Part shown: positions 51,834-64,000 of the stretch, piece by piece
Position numbering within the stretch: position 1 is the stretch's first letter
Layout: the number at the start of each line of letters is the position of its first letter
Assembly (NCBI GenBank): GCA_964016885.1
Contig: OZ024743.1
Coordinates: 331,204,001-331,268,000, forward strand
Source of the DNA: Eledone cirrhosa
Taxonomy: Eukaryota
DNA length: 64,000 nt
Direction: 5' to 3'
Notes under the pieces: model-generated
Told to the model about the DNA's origin: nothing
Seen by the model: the letters and a program-made list of their open reading frames with translations, nothing else
Database searches by the model: none
Position numbers and translations under genes: made by a program

Positions 51834-51866
<33 letters not shown>

Positions 51867-53024
51867 CCATACAGATACATATATATATATATACATACAT
51901 ATATATATCATCATCATCATCATCATCAGGTCGTCCCAGGTTTTTCTGGGTCTGCCTACTCCGTGGCTACCGTCTATCTTTATTGCCCTGCACTTTGTTA
52001 TACAGCTATCGACTTTCATGCGTATCACGTGTCCATACCAACGTAGCCTTCTCTCGAGTAAACATCTGATCCCTCTTATTTCTAATTTTTTCCTTAGTTC
52101 GTTTATGCTTTGCCGTTCACGTATATTACTATTACACATCCAGCGGAGCATGCAAGCTTCGTTCCTCTCTAGTCTGCGTATATCCTCTGCACACAATGCC
52201 CAGGTCTCACTGCCGTGCAACATTGCTGTTCGTATGCAGGCATCATACAGCCTGCCTTTCATTTTTAGGGAGAACCCTTTAGCAGCTAATAGTGGTATAA
52301 GCTCTCTGAACTTTTTCCATCCAGTTCTGACTCTAGCTACTGTACTTTCAGAGCACCCTCCCCCACTGCTAATTTTGTCACCCAGGTAACGGAAGCTGTC
52401 CACTATTTCTATAGAACCCTCTGCGCAATTGAAAGGGCTAGTATTTTGTGGGCACTTGCTGCTACTTATTGCACCAGAGCACCGGCCACATGTAAAATCT
52501 ATGTTCTTAGTTAGCTTACCTGTGATCCCACTACATCTTTTATGCACCCCTACTTTGCATTTAGGACATAAAATGGAGTTTCTACCTACGCCTTTCCTAC
52601 ACACTGAGCATGGCCATTTCCCGGAAGGGACCGGCGCCTTATTTTCTTTCCTACAAACTAGAACTTTAGTCTTAGCCAGGTTAATTTTAACGCCTTTTGA
52701 TTCTAGGCCGTGCTTCCATGTTTGGAATTTCTTCTCTAGCTCGGTCATTGATTCAGCTATGAGCGTTAGATCATCTGCGTATAGGAGTTCCCATGGGCAG
52801 CCGGTCTTGAACTCATCTGTTATAGCCTGAAGGGAAATAATAAATAGTAGGGGGCTAAGAACAGAGCCCTGATGGACACCAACTTTTACGCTAAACTCTT
52901 CACTATATTCGTTGTTAATTCTAACCTTGCTGACTGTTTCTTATATATATACATATATATATATATACATACATATATATATATATATATATACATATAT
53001 ATACATATATACATATACATATAT

Positions 53025-53059
<35 letters not shown>

Positions 53060-53098
53060 CATATATATACATACATACATATATATATATACATATAT

Positions 53099-53129
<31 letters not shown>

Positions 53130-53552
53130 CATACATACATATATATATACATACATATATATATATATACATACATATATACATATACATACATATATAT
53201 ATATACACATACATATATACATATACATACATATATATATATATATACATATATACATATACATACATATATATATATATATACATATATATATACATAC
53301 ATATATACATATACATACATATATATATATATACATATATATATACATACATATATACATATATACATATACATACATATATACATATACATACATATAT
53401 ATATATACACACATATATATATATATATACATACATACATACATACATACATACATACATACATACATACATGCATGCATGCATACATACATACATACAT
53501 ACATACATACATACATACATACATGTATATATATATATATGTATATATGTAT

Positions 53553-53584
<32 letters not shown>

Positions 53585-53591
53585 GTATGTA

Positions 53592-53625
<34 letters not shown>

Positions 53626-53807
53626 TATGTGTGTATATGTGTATATGTATATATATATATATGTATATGTATATATGTATATATGTATATATATGTATGT
53701 ATATATATGTATATGTGAATATGTATATATATGTATATATGTATATATATGTATATATATATGTGTGTATGTATGTATGTGTATGTATATGTATATATAT
53801 ATGTATA

Positions 53808-53838
<31 letters not shown>
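51480..53838. repeat. Long cryptic TA/CA/TG microsatellite tracts (51480-51907 and 52943-53838)
   Basis: Low-complexity ATAC/GTAT mixtures with a polarity switch near 53525. Confidence 0.95.
51908..52942 (-). mobile_element. RTE internal fragment with (GAT)n tail attached inside the ORF (no 3' UTR)
   Basis: ORF 51450-52748 ends [17 protein letters not shown]; flanked by TA-rich tracts. Confidence 0.9.
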
Positions 53839-56800
53839 CTTACAATCCCCCAGAATCAAAAAATCATGTTCATAATTGTTTGTCTTTCTACAATTCTAAA
53901 TAATATTCCCGCAACCATTTTGGCCGAAAAAAGAAATTATGCCAGGTTAAATTAGGGATTGCCCTCTCTCTTGGCCTGCTGAAATCGCCTCTCACCCCCT
54001 CACTCTCTCTATCATATACGCTGCTCTCACACTCCCCCTCACTCCTTGCCAACCAAATATAAATAAGCCATGCTACAGGGGACTAAACCCAGAATTTGTC
54101 TCCTATTATTGATGGTTGCTTGTTCAGTTTTCTTCTACAAAATGTAACGTACATATCCATTTCTTCTCAACTCTCCACATTCGGTTCATTCATCTATATA
54201 TCTTACAATCTCCCAGAATCAAAAATCGTATTCAAAATTGGCTTTCTATAATTCTGTTCTGTCTCACCGTTGTTCTAAAAATAATTCTGCTCCTCGCAAA
54301 CTACCCCATACCCCTCCCTCCCGCCCCCACTCTCCACCTTATTATTTGGACCAATCACAAGTAAATGACCTATGCTAGCACTTCTGGTTGCTTTTTCGAT
54401 ATGATGGATGAACTAGGGATTTTCTGGAGAGTCAGAAGAATCTGGACACCCGAAGACAGTGCAAAAGATAACGACAAATTCACCTCATGCTGCCGGACGA
54501 AAGGGCAAAGCCCCACCCTCTTTGTTGCGGCCGCGGATGACCAACATAACCCCAACCCCATCAACCACACCCCTCCCTGCAACCCACCCACCAAACGCAA
54601 TCCAAAACTTCAGAGTTGGTACCATGAATGTAGGAACCTTAAAAGGCCGCTCAAACGAGGTTGTAGAAATGCTTGAATGTAAGGAGGTTGATGTCTGCTG
54701 CATCCAAGAGACCAGGTGGAGGGGCGGGTCTGCTAGATTCATTGTGGGTAAAAAACGATGCTATAAGCTTTTCTAGGTGGGAAATGACAATGGGCTGGGT
54801 GGGGTAGGAATCATGTTAGCAGAAAAATAGGTGGATAAGATAATAGATGTAAATAGAGTAAACGACAGAATAATTAAAATAAGACTTGTTCTAAATAGAA
54901 CTACTGTGACGATAATATCTGCGTACGCGCCCCCAATCCGGACTGCCTGGCGCTATAAAAGACACCTTCTATGAGACACTGATGCTCACTACCTCCCAAA
55001 TAACCGACAGTGACTATATAATTATTGCTGGCGACCTAAATGGTCACGTTGGACAACATTGTGACGGCTATGATGAAATCCATGGAGGCTATGGGTTTGG
55101 TACTAGAAATGAGGAAGGCTCCAGAATCCTGGAATTCTGTGACGCAAATAACCTAACAATCTGTAACACTAACTTCAAAAAACGAGACAATCACTTGATC
55201 ACCTACAGATCAGGGGAACATACCAGCCAGGTAGATTATATCCTTACCAGAAGACGTGACAGAGTGACTGGTGTAAACACTAAATCCCTCCCCCATGAAG
55301 AATGCACCTCCCAACATAGACTGATAATTAGCGACCTCATAGTCAGGAGGAGACGTACTCGACAGCAGAAGAGGACTATCCTCAAGAGAAAAATATGGAA
55401 GCTAAAGGACCCCACAGCCAGAAATAAATTTAAAAGCATATTACTTGATGCTTTTGACAGTAAGGAAGAGCATTTAGAGTCGGACAATATAGAGGGACAG
55501 TGGGAATTCCTGAAAGCAAACCTGCTGATGGCGGCAGACGAAGTCTGTGGCCGGAGCAGGCCTATAGGCAGGAGGAGAGTAACATGGTGGTGGAACAGTA
55601 AGGTGGAGGAGTCGATTAAGGCCAAAAAGCAGGCTTGGAAAATATGGCGGGATGGGGGAAGCAGAGAAGACTATCAAGTGGCCAGGAGGGAAGCTAGGAG
55701 ACAAGTGTACTTTGCAAGAAGGGAAGCAGAGGAAAGAAAGTTCAAGCATGTTCTACAACGCGAGGACCAAAAACATGAGGTGTTCAGGATTGCTAGGCAA
55801 TGTGTCAAGGAAAACCGTGATATTGTTGGGGAGAAGTGTGTACTAAATGATGATGGCGTACTCGCCATCACTGACACTGATAAGAAGGTCGCTTGGAAGT
55901 GTCACTACGAGAGGCTACTAAATGAGGAGAATAAATGGGAGAAGGATAGTCTCCTCCAGATCGATCCAATAGAGGGACCAGCAGTGTTAGTTGAAGGTAG
56001 TATAATAAGTAAGGCAATCAAAGATATGAAGACGGGTAAGGCGGCTGGGCCTTCGGAAATAGTTGCTGAGATGCTGAAGGCCTCTGGAATGGTGGGACAC
56101 ACCATGGTCACCCGGATAGTAAACCAAGTCATACAGAATGGGGTTGTTCCGAAGGTCTGGCGTAGCAGCATCATCATTAACTGTTACAAGGGTAAAGGAG
56201 ATGCCCTAGATAGGAGTAACTATAGAGGGATTAAATTAATCGACCAGGTCATGAAGGTCACGGAAAAAGTAATAGTAGTGCAACTAATCAGAGAGAGAAT
56301 CGATCTAGATGAAATGCAGTTCGGGTTTGTGTCAGGCAAAAGTACCACAGACGCTCTTTTCATTGTACGACAACTACAAGAGAAGTACCTAGCTAAAAGT
56401 AAACCCCTATACTTAGCCTTTGTCGACTTGGAGAAAGCCTTCGACAGAGTCCCCCGTTCCATTATCTGGTGGGCTCTTAGAAAACTAGGTGTTGACGAAT
56501 GGCTTGTGAGAGCTATACAAGCGATGTATAAAGAAACAGTGAGCAAGGTTAGAATTAACAACGAATATAGTGAAGAGTTTAGCGTAAAAGTTGGTGTCCA
56601 TCAGGGCTCTGTTCTTAGCCCCCTACTATTCATTATTGCTCTTCAGGCTATAACAGAGGAGTTCAAGACCAGCTGCCCATGGGAACTCCTATACGCAGAT
56701 GACCTAACGCTCATAGCTGAATCAATGGCCGAGCTAGAGAAGAAATTCCAAACATGGAAGCACGGCCTAGAATCAAAAGGCCTTAAAATTAACATGGCTA

Positions 56801-58160
56801 AGACTAAAGTTCTAGTTTGTAGGAAAGAAAATAAGGCGCCGGTCCCTTCCGGGAAATGGCCATGCTCAGTGTGTAGGAAAGGCGTAGGTAGAAACTCCAT
56901 TTTATGTCCCAAATGCAAAGTATGGGTGCATAAAAGATGTAGTGGGATCTCAGGTAAGCTAACTAAGAACACAGATTTTACATGTGGCCGGTGCTCTGGT
57001 GCAATAAGTAGCAGCAAGTGCCCACAAAATACTAGCTCTTTCAACTGCGCAGAGGGTTCTATAGAAATAGTGGACAGCTTCCGTTACCTGGGTGACAAAA
57101 TCAGCAGTGGGGGAGCATGTTCCGAAAGTACAGTAGCTAGAGTCAGAACTGGATGGAAAAAGTTCAGAGAGCTTATACCACTATACCACTATTAGCCGCT
57201 AAAGGGTTCTCCCTAAAAGTGAAAGGCAGGTTGTATGATGCCTGCATACGAACAGCAATGTTGCACGGCAGTGAGACCTGGCATTGTGTGCAGAGGATAT
57301 ACGCAGACTAGAGAGGAACGAAGCTTGCATGCTCCGCTGGATGTGTAATAGTAATATACGCGAACGGCAAAGCATAAACGAACTAAGGAAAAAATTAGAA
57401 ATAAGAGGGATCAGATGTTGTTTACTCGAGAGAAGGCTACGTTGGTATGGTCACGTGATGCGCATGAAAGACGACAGCTGTATAACAAAGTGCAGGGCAA
57501 TAAAGATAGACGGGAGCCACGGAGTAGGCAGACCCAGAAAAACCTGGGACGAGCTGATAAATTCTGACCTCACACACTTACACCTCTCCAAGACAATGTC
57601 ACTGGACCGAGAGCTTTGGTGGTACTCAGTAATAGAGAAGACCCGCGTTACCTAAATACAAAGTAAAACCTACTACAGTCAGTAGGCATCTCTAACAAAA
57701 TACACCCCTGTCCCACCACCCCCACCCCATCCACACCGCCCCTTTCAATGAAAAGTTATGTTGGTGCCAGAAAATCCAGGCCGAAACAAATGAGATCGTG
57801 TAGGTGTCACGACAAAAAAAAAACACACAGTCCACGCTGTAATGTGACCGTGTAGGCAACACGGTAAAAACGTCCCAGTCCCACACTGTAAATGTGGTTG
57901 GTGTTAGGAAGGGCATCCAGCTGTAGAAAACCTGCCAGACAGTCCACGCTGTAATGTGGCCGTGTAGGCAACACGGTAAAAACCTCCCAGCCCCACACTG
58001 TAAATGAGGTTGGTGTTAGGAAGGGCATCCAACTGTAGAAAACCCGCCAGACAGTCCTATGCGAGCAAGACAACCACTCTTGCCTCAAGTGGGAAAACTC
58101 CCGTCCAAACCCATGCAAGCATGGAACACGGACGTTAAACGATGATGATGATGATGATGA
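53838..58160 (+). mobile_element. Near full-length RTE copy, disabled (stops near 54774 and 54828; frameshifts near 54930, 57185, 57280)
   Basis: ORF pieces 54459-54776, 54982-57195 and 57284-57655 are nearly identical to 37027-40128; tandem duplication of about 113 bp in the 3' UTR; (GAT)n tail runs into (TA)n. Confidence 0.93.
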
Positions 58161-58441
58161 TATATATATATGTATGTATATATATATATGTAAATGTGTA
58201 TATATATATGTATATGTATGTATATGTGTATATGTATATGTGTGTGTATATATATATATATATGTATGTATGTATATGTATATACATCCATATCTACACA
58301 TGCATGCATGCAGACATACATACATATCTACCTAGTTGATGTTGTGTAAATTCCAATGAGAGAGTCTTGTGTCTATGTTAGAAACCGACTCTCTCTCTAT
58401 TGGTAAAACTTTGTGAAATTATAAAACCAGAAGAACATACA

Positions 58442-58476
<35 letters not shown>

Positions 58477-58971
58477 TATATATATTCAATTTTATGAGTC
58501 AAGTAAATATTGTTTAGTTAAAGTACGTTATATTTTATCACTTACGAATTTTAATTTGTATGTTTAGTCTTCTATAAAGTTTTAATGTCTTACCAACTGT
58601 ATATTAAACTTGTTTACATTCTCGAATAGGAGATGTCTGACATTGAAGGTAAATATGTTATATAGTTTAATGGATTCTGAAGAAATCAGAACAGATGAGA
58701 ATAATGGAACATCTTGCTGTATTGATTTGATAGAAACGTTTGAAATCAATTAAATAATTTAATGTAATTAAATCCTGGTTGTTGTATTGTTTTATATATG
58801 ATCTCTGATATTGTAAAACTACTGTATTGGAAATTAACTGATTAGATTGTCATTTATCTATCTTTGAATTATTGGAGATTTGAATTATTCTTTGCCTTAT
58901 ATGGATGTGTTATAAACTTCTCTCAACTATTATATATATATATTTACCTACAGTAACTTCACATTACACTC

Positions 58972-59411
58972 CCTAGAAAAACCTGGGACGAAGTGATAAA
59001 AACAGACCTTGTTCACTTACACCTCTCTAAGACAATGACACTGGTTCGAGACCTTTGGCACCATGCAGTTGTACAGAAGACCCAACTGCCATTGCATACA
59101 AACCTACAGTCAGTAGGCACCTCTTAACCCAATGTACCCCTCACACCCATTTCCGTCCACTGTGTCGATGACACAACAGTCCACACTGTAGAGTGGCCGT
59201 GTAGGAGACATGGTAAAAAGGCTCTCAGTCCACACTGTGAATGTGGTTGGTGTTAGAAAGGGCATCCAGCTGTAAAGTACCTGCCAGAGACAGTTCCGTG
59301 CAGCGAGATATGGTCTCCAAACCATTCCTGCATCAAATGGAACAAAACCATTTAACCTATGCTACCATGGAAGATGGACGTTAAACGATGATGATGATGA
59401 TGATGATGATG
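58972..59411 (+). mobile_element. Older RTE 3' fragment
   Basis: PRKTWDEVI-like coding remnant, 3' UTR motifs, (GAT)n then (TA)n. Confidence 0.8.
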
Positions 59412-60003
59412 ATATATATATATATATATATTCCTCCACCTCCAAAATGGCTGACTGAATATGCACGTATTTTTCCTCAAAATATTTTTTTGAAGTTCTT
59501 GCAGTATTGGCTGTGAAGCCACTGTGAAGCCATTGGCTGTGAAGCCACTGTATTCAGTAAGTTGAAAATTGCAATTATCAAAAACCTCAAGATCCAGACA
59601 ACTACATACAACTGCCATATTATGAATATACACATTTGTTCGATTATACATTCAAACTTTATTTCATTGAGGGAGTAATTGTGAGCAATAGAGATTATAG
59701 CAAATATATTTCCTATAACCTTGTCAATATATATATATATATATTTTTATACAAGTGGAAGCTTAGTAAAATCGAAGTTTTGACTGTGGCTAAGCAAAGT
59801 CGACCTACAATAAGGAATGAGTAGCAAAGCACTCAATAAGGGTAGGTCCTTAGAGTAATAACATTACATTTAAATAGCTAGACAAGTTGAAAATTGCGGT
59901 AGGCAAAACCCAACCATACAATACCAAAACAACGAAAGAACTAATCAGGTTTGTATATGTGTGTATATATATATGTGTGTATATATATATATGTATATAT
60001 ATG

Positions 60004-60082
<79 letters not shown>

Positions 60083-60105
60083 ATATATGTGTATATATGT
60101 GTGTG

Positions 60106-61262
60106 TCATCATCATCATCATCATCACCGTTTAACGTCCGTGTTCCACGCTTGCATGGGTTTGGACGGGGGTAGTCCCACTTGAGGCAAGAGTGATTGTC
60201 TTGCTCGCATAGGACTGTCTGGCAGGTTTTCTACAATTGGATGCCCTTCCTAACACCAACCACATTTACAGTGTGGGTCTGGGAGGTTTTTACCGTGTTG
60301 CCTACACGGCCACATTACAGCGTGGACTATGTGTTTTTTTGTCGTGACACCTACACGATCTCATTTGTTTCGGCCTGGATGGTGTGGCACCAACACAACT
60401 TTACATAGAACGGGGTGGCGTGGATGGGTTGGGGGTGGTGGGACGGCGGGGGGGGGGGGGGGGGGGGGGGGGGTATTTTGTTAGATGCCTACTGGCTGTA
60501 GTAGGTTTTACTATGTATTTAGGTAAGGCGGGTCTTCTCTGTTACTGAGTACCGCCAAAGGTCTCGGTCCAGTGACATTGTCTTGGAGAGGTGTAAGTGT
60601 GTGAGGTCGGAGTTTATCAGCTCCTCCCAGGTTTTTCTAGGTCTGCCTATTCCGTGGCTACCGTCTATCTTTATTGCCCTGCACTTTGTTATACAGCTAT
60701 CGACTTTCATGCGCATCACGTGTCCATACCAACGTAGCCTTCTCTCGAGTAAACAACATCTGATCCCTCTTATTTCTAATTTTTTCCTTAGTTCGTTTAT
60801 GCTTTGCCGTTCACGTATATTACTGTTACACATCCAGCGGAGCATGCAAGCTTCGTTCCTCTCTAGTCTGCGTATATCCTCTGCACACAATGCCAGGTCT
60901 CACTGCCGTGCAATATTGCTGTTCGTATGCAGGCATCATACAACCTGCCTTTCACTTTTAGGGAGAACCCTTTAGCGGCTAATAGAGGTATAAGCTCTCT
61001 GAACTTTTTCCAGCCAGTTCTGACTCTAGCTACTGTACTTTCAGAGCACCCTCCCCCACTGCTGATTTTATCACCCAGGTAACGGAAACTGTCCACTATT
61101 TCTATAGAACCCTCTGCGCAATTGAAAGAGCTAGTATTTTGTGGGCACTTGCTGCTACTTATTGCACCAGAGCACCGGCCACATGTAAAATCTATGTTCT
61201 TAGTTAGCTTACCTGTGATCCCACTACATCTTTTATGCACCCATACTTTGCATTTAGGACAT
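60106..61262 (-). mobile_element. 5'-truncated RTE copy (young, very close to the intact copy)
   Basis: ORFs 60863-61393 and 60519-60890; full 3' UTR and (GAT)n tail. Confidence 0.92.
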
Positions 61263-61302
61263 ATATATGTGTGTGTGTGTGTATATATATATATATGTAT
61301 AT

Positions 61303-61358
<56 letters not shown>

Positions 61359-61361
<3 letters not shown>

Positions 61362-62205
61362 GGAACAAGTATGACCCCGACGGCAGAGCTCAAGCCGTTT
61401 CAACGGCTAATTCTGGACTAAATAAGAATTTTTAGCTTGGTAAATAAATAGCCGAACTTCTCAGGGGGTAATTCCATATATGGGAAGATAGTAATTGTCA
61501 AAAGGATTGGTCAAAGTTTGTTGTAAAGACAGATGATTCTATCATGGCATTTAGTGGGAGGTAGGGGTGGCTGAACTTGCAGGGAGTGGGGGGTAACCCA
61601 GTCAAGCGTTGAAAGTGAAATCTATACAGCAGATTCTAAGGATAGTGTATAGAAGGTCTAAAAAAGTGTACTGCAGAAGGGGGGGGGGCGAGTTGAAAGA
61701 ATAGGTAAATCGAAAGGGAGTAAACAAAAAAGCCATTATAAAAATGAGGAAATAAATATATAAAAAACAAAGTTGTTTTTTCAACCCCCCTCCCCTCCTC
61801 AGTACACTTTTTTCGACCTTCTATACACTATCCTTAGAATCTGCTGTATAGATTTCACTTTCAACGCTTGACTGGGTTTCCCCCACTCCCAATTTGTTCT
61901 ACCGGCAAGTTCAGCCACCCCTACCTCCAACCAAATGCCATGATATAATCATGTCTTTACAACAAACTTTTGACCAATCCTTTTGACAATTACTATCTTC
62001 CCATATATGGAATTACCCCCTGAGAAGTTCGGCTATTTATTTACCAAGCTAAAAATTCTTATTTAGTCCAGAATTAGCCGTTGAAATGGCTTGAGCTCTG
62101 CCGTCGGGGTAATACTTGTTCCTATTACCCACTCTACTACCCTAAGTATTGAGTACTTTGGTGTGTTATGGTCCATCTGGTTCCTTACCACATTTCCTTC
62201 GTTTT
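61359..62205. mobile_element. Long inverted repeat (arms ~61359-61698 and 61779-62125) with hammerhead-like fold; probable inverted Penelope pLTR
   Basis: Arms are near-identical reverse complements; right arm ATTACCCC-CTGAGAA...TAGCCGTT-GAAA-TGGC..GCCG-TC-GGGGTAAT; unique extension to (TA)n. Confidence 0.7.
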
Positions 62206-62216
62206 ATATATATATA

Positions 62217-62901
62217 TCATCATCATCATCATTGTTTAACATCTATCTCCCACGCTAGCATGGGTTTAGACGGGAATTGTCCCACTTGAGGCAAGATTGG
62301 TTGTCTTGCTCATATAGGACTGTCTGGCAGGTTTTCTACGGCTGGATGCCCTTCCTAACACCAACCACGTTTACAGTGTGGACTGGGAGGTTTTTACCAT
62401 GTTACCTACACGGCCACATTACAGCGTGGACTCATTTATTTAGGACTGGATGTTGTGGTACCAACATAACTTTACAGAGAAAGGGGTGATGGTGGGGGTG
62501 GGAGTAGGGGTAGTGGATGGGGGTGTATTTTTGGTTAAGAGGTGCCTACTGACTGTAGGTTTCGCTTTGTACCAAGGCAAGGCGGGTCTTCTGTATTACT
62601 GCGTAGCGCCAAAGATCTTGGTCCAGTGACATTGTCTTAGAGAGATGTAAGTGTGTAAGGTCGGAATTTATCAATTCGTCACAGGTTTTTCTGGGTCTGC
62701 CTACTCCATAGCTTCCATCAATTTTGATCGCCCTGCACTTTTTTATATATCTGTCGTCTTTCATGCACATCACGTGACCATACCAACGTAGTCTTCTCTC
62801 GAGTAAACAGCATCTGATTCCTCTTATTCCTAATTTCTCACTTAGTTCATTTATGCTTTGCCGTTCACGTATATTACTATTACACATCCAACGGAGCATG
62901 C
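62217..62901 (-). mobile_element. 5'-truncated RTE copy
   Basis: ORF 62546-63013 C-terminus; tail (GAT)n into (TA)n. Confidence 0.9.
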
Positions 62902-63489
62902 ATATATATATATATATATATATATGTGTATATATATGTGCATATATGTGTGTATGTGTAAGTATATATATATACATATATATATGTGCGCATGTGTGTG
63001 TGCGTGAATGCATGTGTGTGTTGGAAGGACATATTTTAGTTCAGTGTTTACTATTACAGTCAATTATATATATATACACACCCACATATATATATATACA
63101 AGATATAGATATATATAGTTCCCCTGTGTTAATATTGCACACACTGATACCTATAACAAACTGACTGAAGTATTTCTTTATTTATTTACTTCAATGGTGT
63201 GTAATTGACTGTAATAGTAAACACCAAACTAAAATATAGCATTCCAACACACAGACACACACCACTACATATATATATACACACACACACATATATATAT
63301 ATACACACACAAATATATGTATATATACACTCACACATATAACACACACACACACACACACACACACATGCATATATATATATACATATACACACACACA
63401 TACATTGTATGTGTCTCATTATAAAACATTGAAATAAAAAAAGAACCGAAAACAAAGATTTCTTAATGATTTGATAAGATGCAAGTGTT

Positions 63490-63922
63490 CATTGTTGTTG
63501 TTGGTGTAGTTGTCTTTGTTGTTGTCATTGTTGTTGTTGCTATTGATGCAGTTATCATTGTTGTGTTTGTTGCCACTTGTGTTGTTGTTGTTATTGTTAT
63601 TGTGTTTGTTGTTGAAGCTTTTATTAGCGTTTGTCGTGCTTGTTATTATTGCTGTAGTTGTTATTGTTGTTATTATTATTGCTGTTGTTGTTGTTATTGT
63701 TGTTGTTGTTATTGCTGTTGTTGTTGTCATTGCTATTGTGCTGCTGTTATTGTTTGTTGTTGTTGTTGTTGTTATTATTGCTGTTGTTATTATTGCTGTT
63801 GTTATCGCTGTTGTTGTTGTCATTGCTGTTGTTGTTGTTGTCATTGCTGTTGTTGTTATTGTTATTGCTGTTCTCATTGCTGTTGTGATTGTTGTTGTTG
63901 TTGTTATTGCTGTTGTTGTCAT
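63490..63922. repeat. Imperfect (GTT)n trinucleotide tract
   Basis: Source of the poly-T/V/L/C ORFs. Confidence 0.9.
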
Positions 63923-64000
63923 TGGTTCCTATTGCAGAATTTGAGAGTGGACAGAGTGGATAATTAGAATTTCATGAAGGTGAAACACGCATGTTGTACC

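Noticed and set aside
51340-53955. Long YI/HT/CV-rich ORFs
   Set aside because: TA/CA microsatellite artefacts
58633-63963. Plus-strand splice ATGTCTGACATTGAAG|GT ... AG|AATTTGAGAGTGGACAGAGTGGATAA giving MSDIEEFESGQSG, loosely eIF5A-like
   Set aside because: Stops after 13 codons with no downstream eIF5A motifs; probably chance
63419-63967. Poly-Thr/Val/Leu/Cys ORFs
   Set aside because: (GTT)n microsatellite

Overview
Repeat-rich eukaryotic DNA. The (TA)n-dense composition and the SINE and RTE families suggest an octopod cephalopod (inference). The only host gene I can support is on the minus strand: 11 GT-AG exons (47323 to 4189; 1545 nt, 515 codons, all phases compatible) encoding the central part and both PH domains of a PLEKHH1/2 (MAX-1)-like protein. 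The ORF track misses most of these exons. The rest of the window is transposons and tandem repeats. There is one intact 1033-aa RTE-clade LINE with a C4HC3 PHD finger inside its RT, plus at least 8 truncated copies, mostly sitting in (TA)n or GATAT sites via (GAT)n tails. Also present are Penelope-like GIY-YIG remnants with several minimal hammerhead-ribozyme folds, Tx1/L1, CR1-like and REL-type LINE fragments, tRNA-SINEs, MITEs, a Helitron-like element, a solo LTR and many minisatellites. Main observations: (1) a ~65-copy 43-bp satellite apparently amplified from an exon end and 5' splice site of the host gene; (2) the PHD finger embedded in the RT; (3) (GAT)n tails found alone or on an internally truncated copy; (4) ribozyme-bearing inserts nested in TA microsatellites. 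All coordinates, splices and folds were read by eye and no database search was run.
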